DNA of 58,824 nt. It comes from Gemmatimonadota bacterium. Lineage in GTDB: Bacteria > Gemmatimonadota > Gemmatimonadetes > Gemmatimonadales > GWC2-71-9. The stretch spans positions 1 through 58,824 of the forward strand of contig JBDGZZ010000005.1 in NCBI GenBank assembly GCA_039588335.1, given 5' to 3'. This document shows positions 27,142 to 36,068 of the stretch, piece after piece. The notes under the pieces are model-generated. The model was not told where the DNA came from, made no database searches, and saw nothing but the letters and a program-made list of their open reading frames with translations. The translations under genes were made by a program, and so were the position numbers. Position 1 is the first letter of the stretch, and every line of letters begins with the position of its first letter.

Positions 27142-29802
27142 CTACGGCGACCTCAACGTCTCCACGGGATCGACCCTGCTCGCTCGCCAGGCGGGGATGA
27201 ACATGGCCACGGAAGCGGTCAGCAGCAGCGTCACCAGTACCAGGACCAACACCCAAGGATCCTGAGGAGTGACTTCGTACAGGAGAGCCGCCACCACTCG
27301 GCCACTCAGGAGGGAAGCTGCGAGCCCAACAACCGCACCCAACGCTACAATCCGGAGTCCTTCTGACAGCACCACCCCCACGACCTCTACGGTGCGTGCA
27401 CCCAGTGCGATCCGCACTCCGATGTCGCGCGCGCGTCGGGAGACCAGATACGCTAACACTCCGTACAACCCAACGCCGGCCAGCGCCAGCGCGACTGCGG
27501 CGAAGATACAGGCGAGAAGCATGAGAAAGCGCGTAGGTGCCGCCTCCGAGCTTATTGCTTGGGATACGGTCTCGACTTGCCGCAACGGGATCCTCGGATT
27601 CAACGAATGGATCTCCTCTCGGATCGCTGGGAGAAGCGGGCCAGCTCTCGGAGCACTCCGAACCGTCAGCGTCATGTAGCCGGGACCGAAGTGACCATGT
27701 GGCACGTATATCTCTGCAATGGGTTCCTGCGTAAGTGCTTCCGAGCGAATGTCGCGCACTATTCCTACTATAGTCCACACGGGGCTACCGTACCCCTGAT
27801 CAGTCATCACTTGGACTCTGTTGCCCAAAGGGTCCTCATGCGGAAAGTTGTCGCGCACGAAGGTCTCGTTGACGACTGCTACCGGAAGTGGATCCACGTC
27901 ATCTGAGGGAAGCAGGGTCCGGCCGCTGACGAGTGGGATCTGCGCCGTCTCGAGGTAATGCGGGCTGACGGCTCTGACTCCGGCCAATGTCTCGGAGCCC
28001 GGCATTGGTACCGGGCGCCCCTCGATCCGGAGCTTGGCCGTGGTGTGACCGGGTCCCAGGGGAGCGCCGTAGATGGACCCGACGGCCTCCACACCGGGTA
28101 TGGCGGCTACCCTCTCCTCCAGAGTCCGATAAAACGTCCTGACATCCTCGATGTCACCACCCGTTGACAGTGTGATTCGCAGGACGTCGCTGGTCTCGAA
28201 GCCAAGATCCACGGAGTGGAGTTCACCAAAACTCCGAGCGAGCAATCCCGCGCCACTCAAGAGAACCACTGACAGGGCCACTTCGAACCCAATCACGAGG
28301 CTGCGAAAACGACGCCCGACGAAACCGCCGTCCGATCCACGTCCGGCGTGCCCCAAGTTCACCGACGGAGCAACTCGTGTCAGATAGATGGCTGGACTCA
28401 CACTGGTAAGCACAGTCACGGCCATGACGAGCCCGACAGAGAAGAGCAAAACGGAACCGTCGATCGTTATCTCGGACACTCGCGGAACCATTCCCGCCGA
28501 GGTCAGCGCAAACACCTCGACCCCGCCAACCGCGATGACAACCGCGGCTGCTCCACCGACGACAGCTAGCACTGCGCTTTCAGTTACGAGTTGCCGCATA
28601 AGCTGCCATCTACTCGCGCCGAGCGCTGTTCTCACCGCGAACTCGTTGGTTCGACCGTAAGTTCTGATCAACAGGAGATTCGCCACATTAGCACAGGCGA
28701 TGAGCAGAACCACTGACACTGCTCCTAGCAGAATCCAGAGCCTAGCTCGTACCGGACCCACGACTTGTTCCTGCAGTGTCCGAACGACGAATCCTTTCCC
28801 TGTATTCGACTCAGGATAGGCTAATGAGAGATTAGCAGCGATAGAGCGGGCTTCGGTGCTCAGTGAGGCAACCGTCGCATTCGGCCCCAGACGGCCGATG
28901 GTCCACCAAGTGTGGCAGGCCCGCCCGCAGCTCTCGGGAGAACCGAAGCGGTGTGGTAGCCACATCTTGGTGTGGCCCGGAAACTCGAATCCTTCGGGCG
29001 CCACACCTATGATCTCATACCGAGTGCCTGCAGTGCCGAGTTCGATCGATCGACCCACCACGTCGCGTGACATGCCGAACCGATCTCTCCACAGGCTGTA
29101 TGAGATCACGACGAATCGGGGCGCACCGTATCCCGTTTCGTCGGCCCTGAGATCTCTACCCAGCGGTGGGGTAAGACGGAAAACTGCCAGCAGTCCCTCT
29201 GACAGACGTGCCGCATCTAGGAGGATCGACTCTCCGTCATCGGTCAACGTGACGCTGATGGGTTGGTACCCTACGAGGTGCTCCAGGGAAGAAGATTGAG
29301 CCAATAGGTCTGCAACGTCCGGCGGCGACATGTCTCTCTGAATACTCTGACTGCCTTCCCGCAACACCGACACTGTCACCAGTCCGCCCGGGTCACGATA
29401 CGGGAGCGGGCTCAAGAGAACGCCGTCTACCACCGCGTAGATGGCTGCGGTCGTTCCTATGCCTAGGCTTATCGTCAGGATGGCAACGGCGGCAAACAGA
29501 GGACGCCTTCGAAGAGTGCGAAGCGCGAGGCGCAAGTCGCCCACGATGTCACCTGCGAGTTTTGCCAGGTTCGTTCGTGGTCGCTCTTCACTCACGTGGC
29601 GCTGCTCCGATCGGAACCGCAAATACACGAGGCAAGCTTGTCGCCAAAACCATAGGTCGCACGCCACTCGGGAGCGGCTGTCTCGCCGACGAGCCCATTC
29701 TTCTCTCAGGTCCCCTACCACGCCGTGGACTTGAGCCTCCGAGCGTAGGACAAGCTGCATCAAGCGCTCGGCCAGCCGTGGCGGCCGCCCCACGTCAGAC
29801 AT
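27142..29802 (-). CDS. Duplicated MacB/FtsX-type ABC permease (ADOP-like orphan permease)
   Basis: DLRLALRTLRRRP, LLIACANVANL and GLYGVLAY.V.RR..DIGVR.ALGA motifs, ending PAWRASRVDP. No ATPase gene adjacent. ATG overlaps the padR stop. Confidence 0.92.
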   Translation of the reverse strand: MSDVGRPPRLAERLMQLVLRSEAQVHGVVGDLREEWARRRDSRSRVACDLWFWRQACLVYLRFRSEQRHVSEERPRTNLAKLAGDIVGDLRLALRTLRRRPLFAAVAILTISLGIGTTAAIYAVVDGVLLSPLPYRDPGGLVTVSVLREGSQSIQRDMSPPDVADLLAQSSSLEHLVGYQPISVTLTDDGESILLDAARLSEGLLAVFRLTPPLGRDLRADETGYGAPRFVVISYSLWRDRFGMSRDVVGRSIELGTAGTRYEIIGVAPEGFEFPGHTKMWLPHRFGSPESCGRACHTWWTIGRLGPNATVASLSTEARSIAANLSLAYPESNTGKGFVVRTLQEQVVGPVRARLWILLGAVSVVLLIACANVANLLLIRTYGRTNEFAVRTALGASRWQLMRQLVTESAVLAVVGGAAAVVIAVGGVEVFALTSAGMVPRVSEITIDGSVLLFSVGLVMAVTVLTSVSPAIYLTRVAPSVNLGHAGRGSDGGFVGRRFRSLVIGFEVALSVVLLSGAGLLARSFGELHSVDLGFETSDVLRITLSTGGDIEDVRTFYRTLEERVAAIPGVEAVGSIYGAPLGPGHTTAKLRIEGRPVPMPGSETLAGVRAVSPHYLETAQIPLVSGRTLLPSDDVDPLPVAVVNETFVRDNFPHEDPLGNRVQVMTDQGYGSPVWTIVGIVRDIRSEALTQEPIAEIYVPHGHFGPGYMTLTVRSAPRAGPLLPAIREEIHSLNPRIPLRQVETVSQAISSEAAPTRFLMLLACIFAAVALALAGVGLYGVLAYLVSRRARDIGVRIALGARTVEVVGVVLSEGLRIVALGAVVGLAASLLSGRVVAALLYEVTPQDPWVLVLVLVTLLLTASVAMFIPAWRASRVDPVETLRSP

Positions 29803-30131
29803 CAGTTCCCTCCCCTCAGGACGGGCTCGAGACCGCGCCACATTCCGAGCAGAGCCTCTCGTGACTCGCGCAACACCGCCAGCCCAGCCTCAGTGACGAC
29901 TACGTAGCGCCTGAGCTTGCCGCCACGCGTTGCTCCACCTGCCCTCAATTCAGACTTGAGGAGGCCCTTGGCCTCGAGCCTGTCAAAGGTGACGTAAAGG
30001 GAGCTGCGCGATACGGTCCGGCCCGTGCGCTCTTCGATCGCATCCACGATCCGCACACCGTACGCATCTTCGCCCAAGTGAAGAACGGCTAGAAGCACGA
30101 GTTGTTCGAAATCACCGAGAGCCATTCGCAT
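29802..30131 (-). CDS. PadR-family transcriptional regulator
   Basis: LGDFEQLVLLAV..AYGV.I..LYVT.DRLE.KGL..RRY..T..G. Start at 30131 or 30125. Confidence 0.92.
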   Translation of the reverse strand: MRMALGDFEQLVLLAVLHLGEDAYGVRIVDAIEERTGRTVSRSSLYVTFDRLEAKGLLKSELRAGGATRGGKLRRYVVVTEAGLAVLRESREALLGMWRGLEPVLRGGN

Positions 30132-30136
30132 CCGCC

Positions 30137-30155
30137 TTGTATTTAATGATTACAA
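30137..30155. promoter_or_regulatory. Candidate PadR operator
   Basis: AT-rich inverted repeat TTGTA-N9-TACAA immediately upstream of the padR start. Confidence 0.45.
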
Positions 30156-30211
30156 CGTAAGCAATGGCTGGAAAGTTTCGACCGGAGGATTGTTGCGTGT
30201 CACTACGCAGG

Positions 30212-30240
30212 AAGCCGGAAGGCGAACCGCCTTCCGGCTT
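30212..30240. terminator. Perfect 13-bp stem-loop, terminator-like
   Basis: aagccggaaggcg-aac-cgccttccggctt followed by tgtt. Confidence 0.6.
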
Positions 30241-30244
30241 TGTT

Positions 30245-30380
30245 GCTCAGGCGGCGCATGCGTCTCTCTACCGTCCTGCCACCTCTGCCCCTCTACCGCC
30301 TCTGCCCCTCTACCTCCCTGCCCTCATGCCATCACATGCCACTGCCACTTTGCCGCTCTACCCAACACATGCCCCACCTC
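30245..30380. repeat. Degenerate REP plus long 8-bp periodic array (CTGCC/CTACC cores)
   Basis: cgcatgcgtctctctaccgtcctgccacctctgcccctctaccgcctctgcccctctacctccctgccctcatgcc... Confidence 0.8.
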
Positions 30381-30674
30381 TCCGGCCGACCAGCAGTGGA
30401 GGATCGCGTTGGCAAAGGAGACGAAGGTCGAATTGCACATGTCAGGCGGCGTGGCCAGATCGGGATACAAGGTGCTCAGAGCCGCACCGGTCAGAGCGAC
30501 GTTAGTGGAATTTGATTCCTTATATAGTGTCCGGCCGAGCAGTCCCAGGCCGGAGTGCTTCACGGTGACCCGGTTGTCCTTCACACCCAGCCAACAGCGA
30601 TCGCCACTATCCAATGTGAACCTCGCCCAGCCCGGGGCTTCGCCTGGCTCCATGTACGCGGTCATCTCAGTCAT
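30324..30674 (-). CDS. Hypothetical protein or gene fragment
   Basis: 116 aa ORF whose 3' end runs into the 8-bp array. A second array lies upstream at 30773-30813. No recognised motif. Confidence 0.4.
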   Translation of the reverse strand: MTEMTAYMEPGEAPGWARFTLDSGDRCWLGVKDNRVTVKHSGLGLLGRTLYKESNSTNVALTGAALSTLYPDLATPPDMCNSTFVSFANAILHCWSAGEVGHVLGRAAKWQWHVMA

Positions 30675-30772
30675 CCTACCCCCACGGGAGACGAATTCGA
30701 GGAAATGCCAATACGGAAGGCAACGTAACTATTGGCTCGCTGCGGCATCGTGATTTGGATCACTAGTGAGGT

Positions 30773-30813
30773 CCACCCTGCCACCCTGCTCTGCCGCTCT
30801 GCCCCTCTGCCGC
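30773..30813. repeat. 8-bp periodic array
   Basis: ccaccctgccaccctgctctgccgctctgcccctctgccg. Similar short arrays at about 2743-2774 and 23310-23335. Confidence 0.7.
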
Positions 30814-30884
30814 TAGACATCACATCCGGCCTCCACGATATTTGAAGAGAGGGAAAAACAGACTCCTGTCGCGAGGTACCTGAA

Positions 30885-31955
30885 ATGACGATAGCGACAC
30901 GGCTCACCCGATTCCCCGCGTCCCGGCACGTTCTTTTCACATACGCTCTGGCGCTACTTTGCACGACACCGGCCCAGGCACAGGATCAGATCCCCATCAA
31001 TAGCAAGCGATTGAGCGATCGCGTGCTGCTCACCTGGGCTTGCGATCACTTCCAGGGCACCAATCTGGCGGTCATCGTTACCAAACAGGGACTGGTCGTC
31101 ATTGACCCTGGACTGAGCCCGAGCACGGTAAGGCGCCAGCGGGAGTTGATCGAGCGAGAGTTGGACCGCAGTGACTTTCTGTATCTCATCAACACGCACA
31201 CGCATAACGATCACGCTTTCGCCAACGAGGTGTTTCCCGAAGCCACCGTAGTCGGCCACGGAAACGGCGTAGCCGCACTCGAGCGCGAAGTGGATCAGAT
31301 CCCCGAGCTGTTGGAGCGCCTGCGCCGCAGCAGCGAGAGATATAGTGAATGGGCGGCCGGAACCTCACCTGACAGCACGGAGGGCAAGCACGCGCGGGAG
31401 GGAGTGGCGGCATTTGGCGTGGGAATCGCCGACCTGGAAGCAGGCATCGAACCGCGCTACCCGACTGTTACCTTCGACCACCATCACACGCTGAACATGG
31501 GTGACGTGCGATTCGAGCTGTTCGACTTCACCGGCCTCCACTCCGACTCCGACATGCTGATCCTGCTGCCCGACGAGCGGATGCTGTTCACCGGGGATGT
31601 TTTCTGGGGAGGACAGTTACCATTGCTTCGCGAGGAAATGGCCGGGGAATTCCCCCGGCTGCTGGATACCTGGAAGGTGATCCTCGAAGTCTCTCCGGAC
31701 CTCGAAACGATAGTACCGGGTCATTCGGATGTACCGCTGACCGTCGATCAGTTCCGGGGGATGTACCAGTACCTCTCGCGACTCTGGACCGATGTACAAG
31801 CCGCCAAGGACGCTGGCACCCCGCTCAGGACGTTCTTGATGCGGAACGTCTTCAAAGAAAGGTACCCCGAGGTAGCCGACTACAACTTCATCCGCCGCGA
31901 CTACAATTTGCACCAGCACAACATCTACGTGCTGTGGCAGTTGGCGGGTAGCTGA
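30885..31955 (+). CDS. Exported MBL-fold metallo-hydrolase
   Basis: Signal peptide ending AQA. Motifs VVID, THTHNDH, GLHS, FTGD and PGH. Confidence 0.9.
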   Translation: MTIATRLTRFPASRHVLFTYALALLCTTPAQAQDQIPINSKRLSDRVLLTWACDHFQGTNLAVIVTKQGLVVIDPGLSPSTVRRQRELIERELDRSDFLYLINTHTHNDHAFANEVFPEATVVGHGNGVAALEREVDQIPELLERLRRSSERYSEWAAGTSPDSTEGKHAREGVAAFGVGIADLEAGIEPRYPTVTFDHHHTLNMGDVRFELFDFTGLHSDSDMLILLPDERMLFTGDVFWGGQLPLLREEMAGEFPRLLDTWKVILEVSPDLETIVPGHSDVPLTVDQFRGMYQYLSRLWTDVQAAKDAGTPLRTFLMRNVFKERYPEVADYNFIRRDYNLHQHNIYVLWQLAGS

Positions 31956-31961
31956 ACCTTA

Positions 31962-32935
31962 TCAGTTCTTTCGCGGAGCCCTTATGTCCCGGCCACCTTG
32001 ATGCAGGATCAACTCGGTGGCCGTCCCGTCGGGCCCGAGGACAAACGTGATCTGGGCGTCGATCTCCTCTATGAAGAACTCAGTCTCTGACTCAGGGTGG
32101 ATCTGCACGGCGTTCTGCCCCGTCGCCCGAGTCATCAGCCGGGCACCCTCCACAAACACTGCTAGATCGAAGCCCGGCTGAATCTCGTATACCCCGACGT
32201 ATCGCTCGAGCTGCGCCGGATCGAGCGCGATCGCCACTCGAGTTTCTACTTCATCGGACACCTTGACCGCTGTCTCCGCCTCAGTGCCGCCGCCTGATAC
32301 ATCAGCATTGCCGTCACCTTCCCGTCCTCGAGGACGAACTCGAAATGGGAGAGGGACGTCTTGTAGAAGAATTGCGTCTCCGATGCTGCATATGCCTTGG
32401 ACCAAGGATCGCCGGCCCGCTGCGTGTGGAGTGCGCCGTCCCGGATGGTGACCAGGCGCTGCGCGTCTTCGTCGATCTGGTACACGCCCACGTAGCGTTG
32501 CATCACGTCATCGCCTAATGCGACCTCGCTGAACGTCGGGAACGGGGTGCCGGCTGCCAGGGCGGGGAGCTTTGTGGCTACGAGGCCGGGGCCTACTTCG
32601 TTGGCCGTGCTGTTCGAAAACACCACGACGAACACGTCCTCCTCCGGCAGATACGCAGCATCGGTACTGAATCCAAAGATCCCTCCGCCATGCCGGATCA
32701 CCCGATGGCCCCGTATGTCCCCCATAGTCAGACCGTACCCGTAGCCGGGGGCTTCGCCGTCATTCAGCACAAACGGGGTGGTCATGCGCTCGACCGACTC
32801 AACACTGACAACCTCTCCGCCAAACAAAGCCCGGCTCCAACGGTAAAGGTCTTCGACTGTCATCATCAGGGAGCCGGCTGCATACGGCTGGGTGAAGCTC
32901 AGGTAACGCTGGTTGGCATACCCGTCCTCTGGAGA
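31962..32935 (-). pseudogene. Truncated, frameshifted serine hydrolase (beta-lactamase family) with DUF3471-like C-terminal domains
   Basis: Homology begins abruptly at GYANQRYLSFTQPYAAGSLMMTVEDL, just after an in-frame stop. HGG is present but SxxK and YxN are absent. A 1-nt frameshift near 32294 joins ...AMLMYQ to GGGTEAETAVK. Confidence 0.85.
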
Positions 32936-33047
32936 ATCTCACGGCAAAGAAGCAGCCTATCATGGACGCTTCCTGGACGCAAGGGCGACCGGATGATCGT
33001 TGCACTTTGCACGCTGCCTGTTACACGTCTTCCCAGTCCCATTTACC

Positions 33048-34838
33048 TCAAACCACGTAACGCCCCGCCTCCACTATACGTGCGCCAATGGCGTCGTGCA
33101 GTTGCGCCCGGTTGACCGGCACATGCTTAGTGAGCCGGCGCAGCCCGGCCATCATCGTGCGCAGCTCGTCACCCTCTGCACTCTGGGCCAGTACATTCCG
33201 GCCCCAAACGGCCACACGGTCCATTGTGTCGTGCACGTAGAGCGTCAGCATGTCCGCCATGGCACGAGCGCTCTCTTCGCCGTCGGCGGCTGCCCTCTTC
33301 AGTGCCCGCAAGAGGCCGCTCTCACACGCGTAGGTCTCCATCACCATGTCAGCTGCGTCCGCGAGAACCTCCTGCTGATCCTTGATATGCTCGCCATGCT
33401 TCTGTGCTGCAAAACCGAGTGCTGCTAGGCAGGCCTTCTTCATGGCGGCCACCAACTGTGTTTCGTCTTCCAGGAAACCAGGCTCACCAGCTTCTTCGAA
33501 CTCCGGTGGGCCCAACAGATCTTCAGCTACCTGCTTGGCGGCGGCGAAGAGCGGCAACTCCTTTTTCACCGCCTTCTTCAAGATCATGCCGGGAACGAGC
33601 ATGCGGTTGATCTCGTTGGTGCCCTCGAAGATCCGATTGATGCGCTCGTCCCGATAGATCTGCTCCAGGGGGTAATCTTCGCAGAAACCGTAGCCTCCCA
33701 GCATCTGCAGCCCTTCCTCGGCTGCGAGCGCCAACGACTCGGTGGCGAAGACCTTGATCATGGAGCACTCGATAGTGTACTCCTCGACTTTGTCGATCGT
33801 GTTTCGGTCGAAATCATCTGCGTCGGCGTCGAGCGTTTCTATCGCACGATCCATGAGACCCGCCGTCCGGTACACCATCGACTCGGAAACGAAGGTGCGC
33901 GCGGCGATGTCGGCGATCTTGGCACGGATCAATCCGAAGTCACTCAGCGGTCGCCCGAACTGTTGCCGTTGGTTCACGTAGGGAACCGCGTGCTCGAGAG
34001 CGAGCTTGCAGCCCCCCACAGTGCCCGCGCCCAGCTTGAACCGGCCAACGTTCAGAATGTTGAACGCAACGACGTGCCCGCGCCCAATCTCACCCAGAAC
34101 ATTCTCAACCGGAACCTGTGCATCTTCCAGTATCACCGCGCAGGTGGAAGAACCCTTGATCCCCATCTTCTTCTCTTCGGGACCGATGGCGACACCCGGG
34201 CTGGCGCGATCCACGATGAACGCGGTGAACTTCTCACCGTCTACCTTTGCGAACACGATGATCACGTCGGCGAAACCGGCATTGGTGATGTATTGCTTCG
34301 TGCCGGTGAGTATGTAGTGCGTCTCTTCCTTATTGAGAGTTGCGGTGGTTCTCGCAGCCAACGCATCCGAGCCGGAACCGGGCTCGCTCAGCGCGTAGGC
34401 ACCGATCAGTTCACCCGTGGCCAACTTTGGGAGATATGTGTCTTTCTGGTCTTTGGTCCCGAAGTAGAGAATCGGAAGCGTGCCGATACCCGTGTGCGCG
34501 CCGTGAGTTGCCGCAAAGCTTCCGGCCCAAGCCATCAGTTCGCAGACCAACATGGTAGTGGCCTTCTCCGCACCCATACCACCAAACGCTTCAGGCACGT
34601 CCACCGACAGGAGACCAGCCTCACCGGCTTCCTTTAGGATGGATTTGCCAAGCTCCACCTTCTTCTCGAACTCCAGCTCCTCGTGGTGTGGCTTGACGCT
34701 GCGCTCTATGAACTCGCGAACCGTGTCCGCGATCATTCGCTGCGTCTCGTCAAAGTCCTCTGGCGTGAAGACGTCGGCCGGCGCGGTGTCCTCCAGTAGG
34801 AACTGGCCGCCGGTGGGATATCCGTTCTCGCTGGGCAT
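33048..34838 (-). CDS. fadE: Acyl-CoA dehydrogenase (FadE-like, long form)
   Basis: AYALSEPGSGSDA, KMGIKGSST, LNVGR, RQQFG, LQMLGGYG and RIFEGTNEI motifs. Confidence 0.95.
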   Translation of the reverse strand: MPSENGYPTGGQFLLEDTAPADVFTPEDFDETQRMIADTVREFIERSVKPHHEELEFEKKVELGKSILKEAGEAGLLSVDVPEAFGGMGAEKATTMLVCELMAWAGSFAATHGAHTGIGTLPILYFGTKDQKDTYLPKLATGELIGAYALSEPGSGSDALAARTTATLNKEETHYILTGTKQYITNAGFADVIIVFAKVDGEKFTAFIVDRASPGVAIGPEEKKMGIKGSSTCAVILEDAQVPVENVLGEIGRGHVVAFNILNVGRFKLGAGTVGGCKLALEHAVPYVNQRQQFGRPLSDFGLIRAKIADIAARTFVSESMVYRTAGLMDRAIETLDADADDFDRNTIDKVEEYTIECSMIKVFATESLALAAEEGLQMLGGYGFCEDYPLEQIYRDERINRIFEGTNEINRMLVPGMILKKAVKKELPLFAAAKQVAEDLLGPPEFEEAGEPGFLEDETQLVAAMKKACLAALGFAAQKHGEHIKDQQEVLADAADMVMETYACESGLLRALKRAAADGEESARAMADMLTLYVHDTMDRVAVWGRNVLAQSAEGDELRTMMAGLRRLTKHVPVNRAQLHDAIGARIVEAGRYVV

Positions 34839-34865
34839 GAGTCTGTCCTCCTCGTTGGCCCTCGC

Positions 34866-36050
34866 TTACATGGCTTCGAAGATGCCCGCGGCACCCATGC
34901 CGGTACCGATGCACATCGTGACCATGGCGTAGCGGCCTTTGCGGCGCCGCAACTCGTGCAAGGCCGTAGCAGTGAGCTTGTTGCCGGTACAACCCAGAGG
35001 ATGGCCCAGGGCGATGGCCCCGCCGTTGGCGTTAACCCGCGGGTCCTCCGGATCGAGTCCCAGACCTTTCAAGACGGCGAGACTCTGAGCGGCAAAAGCC
35101 TCATTCAGTTCTATGACGTCCATATCCTCCAGCTTGAGTCCGACCCGCCCGAGGACCTTCGGCACCGCGTCTACCGGACCGATCCCCATAATCTCCGGAG
35201 CCACACCGGCCACCGCGTAGCCAACCCACCGGGCCAGCGGATCGAGCCCGAGTTCGGCAGCGATTTCCGGCGTAGTCACAAGCGCCGCGGCACCACCGTC
35301 GGTCATCTGGCTGGAGTTACCGGCGGTGACCGTACCATTCGCCTTGAATGCGGGCTTCAGTTTCGCCAGAGCTGCCAGCGTAGTGTCTGCCCGTGGGCCC
35401 TCATCCCGCTCCAACACGGTCTCCCGAACCACCGGCTTGCCGTTGGGGCCAGGCTCGCTCACCGCAGTCTTTACCGGCACCAACTCGTCGTCGAACTTCC
35501 CGTCCTTCTGAGCCGCTACCGCTTTCATGTGACTGTTATAGGCAAAGGCGTCCTGCGCCTCCCGATCTATGCCGTCCCTTTCCGAAAGCCGCTCGGCGGT
35601 GAGCCCCATGTTCAGGTAGGTGCCGGGAGCTTCGGCCGCCATGGTAGGATTGGGCAGGTAACGGTGCCCACCCATCGGCACCAACGTCATCGACTCGACC
35701 CCACCGGCGATCGCCACGTCGACCTGCCCCAGAGCAATTTCGGCGGCGGCCAGGTTGATGGTCTCGAGACCGGATGAGCAAAAGCGGTTCACCGTCATGC
35801 CGGGAACGCTGTCGGGCAGCCCCGCAAGGAGAACCAGGTTCCGCCCAACGTTCATACCCTGCTCTCCCTCGGGCATGGCGCACCCGATTATCACGTCACC
35901 GATGCGTGCCGGGTCCAACTTCTCCGCCTTCTCGAGTAGCGCGCGAATCGCCGCCGCACCCAAGTCGTCGGGGCGCGTCTGCCGGAAGGTTCCTTTCTTC
36001 GCCCTGCCTCCTGGGGTACGGAGCGCCAGGGCCACTACCACTTCTCGCAT
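34866..36050 (-). CDS. fadA: Acetyl-CoA C-acyltransferase (3-ketoacyl-CoA thiolase)
   Basis: [25 protein letters not shown] and MCIGTGMG motifs. Confidence 0.96.
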   Translation of the reverse strand: MREVVVALALRTPGGRAKKGTFRQTRPDDLGAAAIRALLEKAEKLDPARIGDVIIGCAMPEGEQGMNVGRNLVLLAGLPDSVPGMTVNRFCSSGLETINLAAAEIALGQVDVAIAGGVESMTLVPMGGHRYLPNPTMAAEAPGTYLNMGLTAERLSERDGIDREAQDAFAYNSHMKAVAAQKDGKFDDELVPVKTAVSEPGPNGKPVVRETVLERDEGPRADTTLAALAKLKPAFKANGTVTAGNSSQMTDGGAAALVTTPEIAAELGLDPLARWVGYAVAGVAPEIMGIGPVDAVPKVLGRVGLKLEDMDVIELNEAFAAQSLAVLKGLGLDPEDPRVNANGGAIALGHPLGCTGNKLTATALHELRRRKGRYAMVTMCIGTGMGAAGIFEAM

Positions 36051-36068
36051 GGCTCTTTCCTCCTTCCG

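Noticed and set aside
30885-31955. True beta-lactamase resistance genes (MBL fold and S12 hydrolases)
   Set aside because: Fold motifs alone do not show beta-lactam hydrolysis. The sizes and extra domains fit general hydrolases or peptidases.
32280-32310. Programmed frameshift in the serine hydrolase fragment
   Set aside because: No slippery heptamer, and the gene already lacks its catalytic half. Decay or a sequencing error is the simpler explanation.
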